Source of the DNA: Cyanobacteriota bacterium
Lineage (GTDB): Bacteria > Cyanobacteriota > Cyanobacteriia > Thermostichales > Thermostichaceae
Assembly (NCBI GenBank): GCA_033764955.1
Contig: JANRIL010000020.1
Coordinates: forward strand, 1-64,000
Direction: 5' to 3'
Length of the DNA: 64,000 nt
This document shows, one piece after another, positions 61,297 to 64,000 of this stretch. The notes under the pieces were generated by a model. It was not told the origin of the DNA. It made no database searches and saw only the letters and a list, made by a program, of their open reading frames with translations. The position numbers and the translations under genes are program-made. How positions within the stretch are numbered: position 1 is the stretch's first letter; every line of letters starts with the position of its first letter.

Positions 61297-61518
61297 CAAA
61301 GACCTCCTGAAAATCTTGGATCCCTCTGGGTTATGAGTCTGAATTTATGAGTCTAGATTTTTCCTTCCCATTTAGCCTAAACCACCACAGTCTTAGCCAC
61401 TGTCTTTACCAGGTTAGAGGCAGAATTTGGCTGGTCACTATTAGACATCGAATCGCTCAAAGCCCCAGCAAATCAGGATTTCTAGGACTTTCCTAGACAC
61501 TATTGGATTATCAAATTA

Positions 61519-61591
61519 TGGAGAGTAGGGAATTCGAATCCCTGACCTCTGCGGTGCGATCGCAGCGCTCTACCAACTGAGCTAACTCCCC
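61519..61591 (-). tRNA. tRNA-Ala(CGC)
   Basis: 73-nt cloverleaf GGGGAGT...ACTCTCCA, G3.U70 pair, anticodon arm CTGCG-ATCGCAC-CGCAG, TTCGAAT T-loop. Confidence 0.95.
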
Positions 61592-61623
61592 GTAGTCCTA
61601 ACACTTTAACAAAATCAAGCCGA

Positions 61624-61655
61624 TAAAAATACCCCCTCCCCGAAGAGAGGGGGGT
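61624..61655 (-). terminator. Intrinsic terminator after petF
   Basis: ACCCCCCTCTC-TTCG-GGGAGGGGGT hairpin followed by ATTTTT. Confidence 0.65.
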
Positions 61656-61737
61656 TATGCAATAACTGGCTTGACCCATACAAGCAGCCAAAAAACAGCC
61701 AAAAATCCATACCCCAACAGGATATAGACCCAGGCAC

Positions 61738-62037
61738 TCAATACAACTCTTCTTCTTGATGGGTCATAATCGTGCAGTCTGACGTGGGATAAGCCACACA
61801 GGTCAGGACATAGCCCGCCTCGATTTGATCATCATCCAAGAAAGATTGGTCACTCTGATCCACGGTTCCGGATGTTAGCTTGCCAGCACAGGTAGAACAA
61901 GCCCCTGCCCGACAGGAATAAGGCAACTCAAGTCCCTGCTCCTCAGCCACATCCAGGATATATTCGTCATCTGGCACTTCAATCGTAGTGTTCAGCCCTT
62001 CTGCTTCATTGATGAGGGTGACTTTGTAGGTAGCCAT
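61738..62037 (-). CDS. petF: Plant-type [2Fe-2S] ferredoxin I
   Basis: MATYKVTL...[10 protein letters not shown]...LTCVAYP. Confidence 0.97.
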   Translation of the reverse strand: MATYKVTLINEAEGLNTTIEVPDDEYILDVAEEQGLELPYSCRAGACSTCAGKLTSGTVDQSDQSFLDDDQIEAGYVLTCVAYPTSDCTIMTHQEEELY

Positions 62038-62422
62038 CCTAAAGAAATCTCCAATCAGAAACATCCACTCCTCATCCTGCCACCCTTCGGGCACAGATCA
62101 AGCGGTTTGACTAGGAAAATCTACCGTTAGTTGCAAACTTCTGCAAAGACAAGGGTTGTCCCCCCAGATTTTGCTTCCTCCCCCCTCAGGGAGCTGAGGG
62201 ATCCCGTAGAAAATTCTTCCGCCACTTGCCAACTTAGACCCTCCTGCTTGTATGATCATCTGAGTAAGAAGTAGGGTTGCACTCCCAAAACCTTGCTCTA
62301 AGTCCTATCTAAAGCCACGATCCTTACTTATCAAGGGATCAGTTGCTTTCGATAGAAATATAAGGTAAGTTAACGGGGAGTCTAGCCTAGTCTGGATCAA
62401 TTTTTTGGTAAGAGGAGTAAGA

Positions 62423-64000
62423 ATGAACGGAAACAGTCCGAAGTGGCTTCTAAAGTCACTCAGCTCTTTGACACTGGCATCCCTAGCTGTTTTGCTGCCA
62501 GTTGCTCTAGTTGGTTGCGGCTCTGATGACAGCACTACTGCTGTAACCCCCACACCCACACCCACGCCCACACCTACCCCGGCTCCCACACCTACCCCAA
62601 CTCCGGTTCCTGTAACCGCGTTCGACGTTGTCTTCACTCCTGGAGACATCGTTGCAAGTAGTGATGTCATCACCTCCTTTATCAACGGAGATGGAGCTGA
62701 CGTTGATGAGGATGGTGTTATTGAAGTTGGTTTAGAGCCTGGTATTTACCCCGAAGCCATCCTGATCGAAGTTGATGATGTCTTGATAGCTTCTACCACC
62801 GGCTCTTCTAACGATGTTCGAATTATCGGTGCCGGTTCTGGCAGCATCACTGGAACAACTGCTCCTGTTACCATTGCTTCCAACAATCTTGGAATTGTCA
62901 TTGAAAATCTGAGCTTGGTCAACGACACCCAAGATGACTCTACTGAGTACTGCATTGATGCTACTGAGGCAAGAGAGCTAACTGTAGATGGTATCCAGTG
63001 CTTCGTTGCTCCTTCTTTTGCAACTCCTGCTCAACGCGGCGTGGGGATTGGATTTGGATCTGATGCCGCCGCGATTGAGAATGACAACCTGAATGTCATC
63101 AACAGCCAATTCTATATCGGTGGTGGTGAAGATTCTGCTGCTATCGCCATTGATGGCAACGTAAGTGGAATTGTGTTGAGTGCCGAAGGTAACGGTTTCT
63201 TCCTTGGCTACATCGATGCTGACCAAAACCTTGAAACTGGATTAGATCCTGAATTCGTTGGTTCTATCGGTTCTGGTTCTGCTCCCATCTATGTTGGTGA
63301 TACTGTCACTGGCTTGGTCATTGATGCTGTTGATGGGAACCTCTTTGCTGGTGGTGACTATGTCATCCGTGACCCTAATGGTTTGGGAACCACTGCTTTA
63401 GAGCGTGAAGACATTATTCGCTCTGGTGAATTTGAAAAGGCCGTGGGTGATGGTTTCACCGATGGAGCCGTGATCAACAGCAGCACTGGCAACATCTACT
63501 ACCTGATTCAAGATGCCATTGACGAAGTTGATGGTCTCAACCCCTCTGTTGTGGTTGGCCCTGGCGACTTCACTGTCGAAGGCAACATTGTGATGGATGT
63601 GGACGGTCTAACCTTAACTGCTCTGGACGGTCCTTCCGAAACTGAGATTGACTCTGTCAAGATCCTTGCCTCTAACACCACCCTGGGTGGAACTCCCACT
63701 TCAGGTGCTGGTAACGGCTTTACTATCTCTGGTATCTTCACTGGCGATTCCTTTGCTGGTGATTACCAAGTTGCTTTGGGTGAGTGTGATAACAACTTTG
63801 CTCCTGTTATCAATGTCACAGTTGCCTACAACGACTTCTTGACCCCATCCACCACCGATGTTTACTCCAGCTTGGTGTTCTGTGATGGTGCGGCTGGTGA
63901 AGCTTACAAGAATAACTTCTTTGCTGATCCTAGCTTTGCTGGAATTTTCATCTTCGAAGCGGCTATCCGTAGCGTCTTCATTACTGAAAACGTATTCCAG
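62423..64000 (+). CDS. Large acidic surface lipoprotein with PT linker and probable beta-helix domains (3' partial)
   Basis: GAGGAG RBS, signal with LVGC lipobox, (PT)n repeat, frame open for 526 codons to the window end; absent from the ORF track. Confidence 0.85.
   Translation, partial: MNGNSPKWLLKSLSSLTLASLAVLLPVALVGCGSDDSTTAVTPTPTPTPTPTPAPTPTPTPVPVTAFDVVFTPGDIVASSDVITSFINGDGADVDEDGVIEVGLEPGIYPEAILIEVDDVLIASTTGSSNDVRIIGAGSGSITGTTAPVTIASNNLGIVIENLSLVNDTQDDSTEYCIDATEARELTVDGIQCFVAPSFATPAQRGVGIGFGSDAAAIENDNLNVINSQFYIGGGEDSAAIAIDGNVSGIVLSAEGNGFFLGYIDADQNLETGLDPEFVGSIGSGSAPIYVGDTVTGLVIDAVDGNLFAGGDYVIRDPNGLGTTALEREDIIRSGEFEKAVGDGFTDGAVINSSTGNIYYLIQDAIDEVDGLNPSVVVGPGDFTVEGNIVMDVDGLTLTALDGPSETEIDSVKILASNTTLGGTPTSGAGNGFTISGIFTGDSFAGDYQVALGECDNNFAPVINVTVAYNDFLTPSTTDVYSSLVFCDGAAGEAYKNNFFADPSFAGIFIFEAAIRSVFITENVFQ

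Noticed and set aside
60300..61518. att-site duplication of the tRNA-Ala 3' end
   Set aside because: No second copy of the tRNA 3' end and no integrase found
62305..63842. Several short ORFs, including a GV-repeat ORF on the minus strand
   Set aside because: Antisense or off-frame shadows of the long plus-strand lipoprotein gene and its PT repeat

Overview
Cyanobacterial chromosome segment. The very frequent octamer GGGATCCC (the HIP variant known from the hot-spring Synechococcus/Thermostichus lineage) and genes such as petF, psb30, prk and glpX support this. The left 11.7 kb is a minus-strand type I-B (Myxan/cmx8) CRISPR-Cas locus: WYL regulator, cas6, cas3, cas8 (probable internal cas11), cas7, cas5, a toxin-antitoxin cargo block (MNT-HEPN, Uma2, DUF433/DUF5615), cas4-cas1 fusion, cas2, leader and the first repeat at the window edge. 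The locus looks mosaic. It holds an internally deleted second cas5, an 87-bp duplication ending at a HIP octamer, an effector block with the other cyanobacterial HIP1 word (GCGATCGC), and a solitary repeat hairpin in the cas4-cas1 5' region. An AT-rich, decaying defence islet at about 17.1-19.8 kb (AAA ATPase, DUF4276 pseudogene, MazF/PemK-type TA relic) abuts what looks like the 3' two-thirds of a 6S RNA gene. A frameshifted orphan C5 methyltransferase lies at 34-35 kb. The rest is mostly housekeeping (dps, DEAD-box helicase, deoC, gapN, gyrB, prk-like, radA, mnmA, hemA, glpX, ribD, McdA-like parA plus partner, rpsP, khpA, tRNA-Ala(CGC), petF), and a large acidic surface lipoprotein gene runs off the right edge. 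All family calls are from motif recognition by eye; no searches were run.
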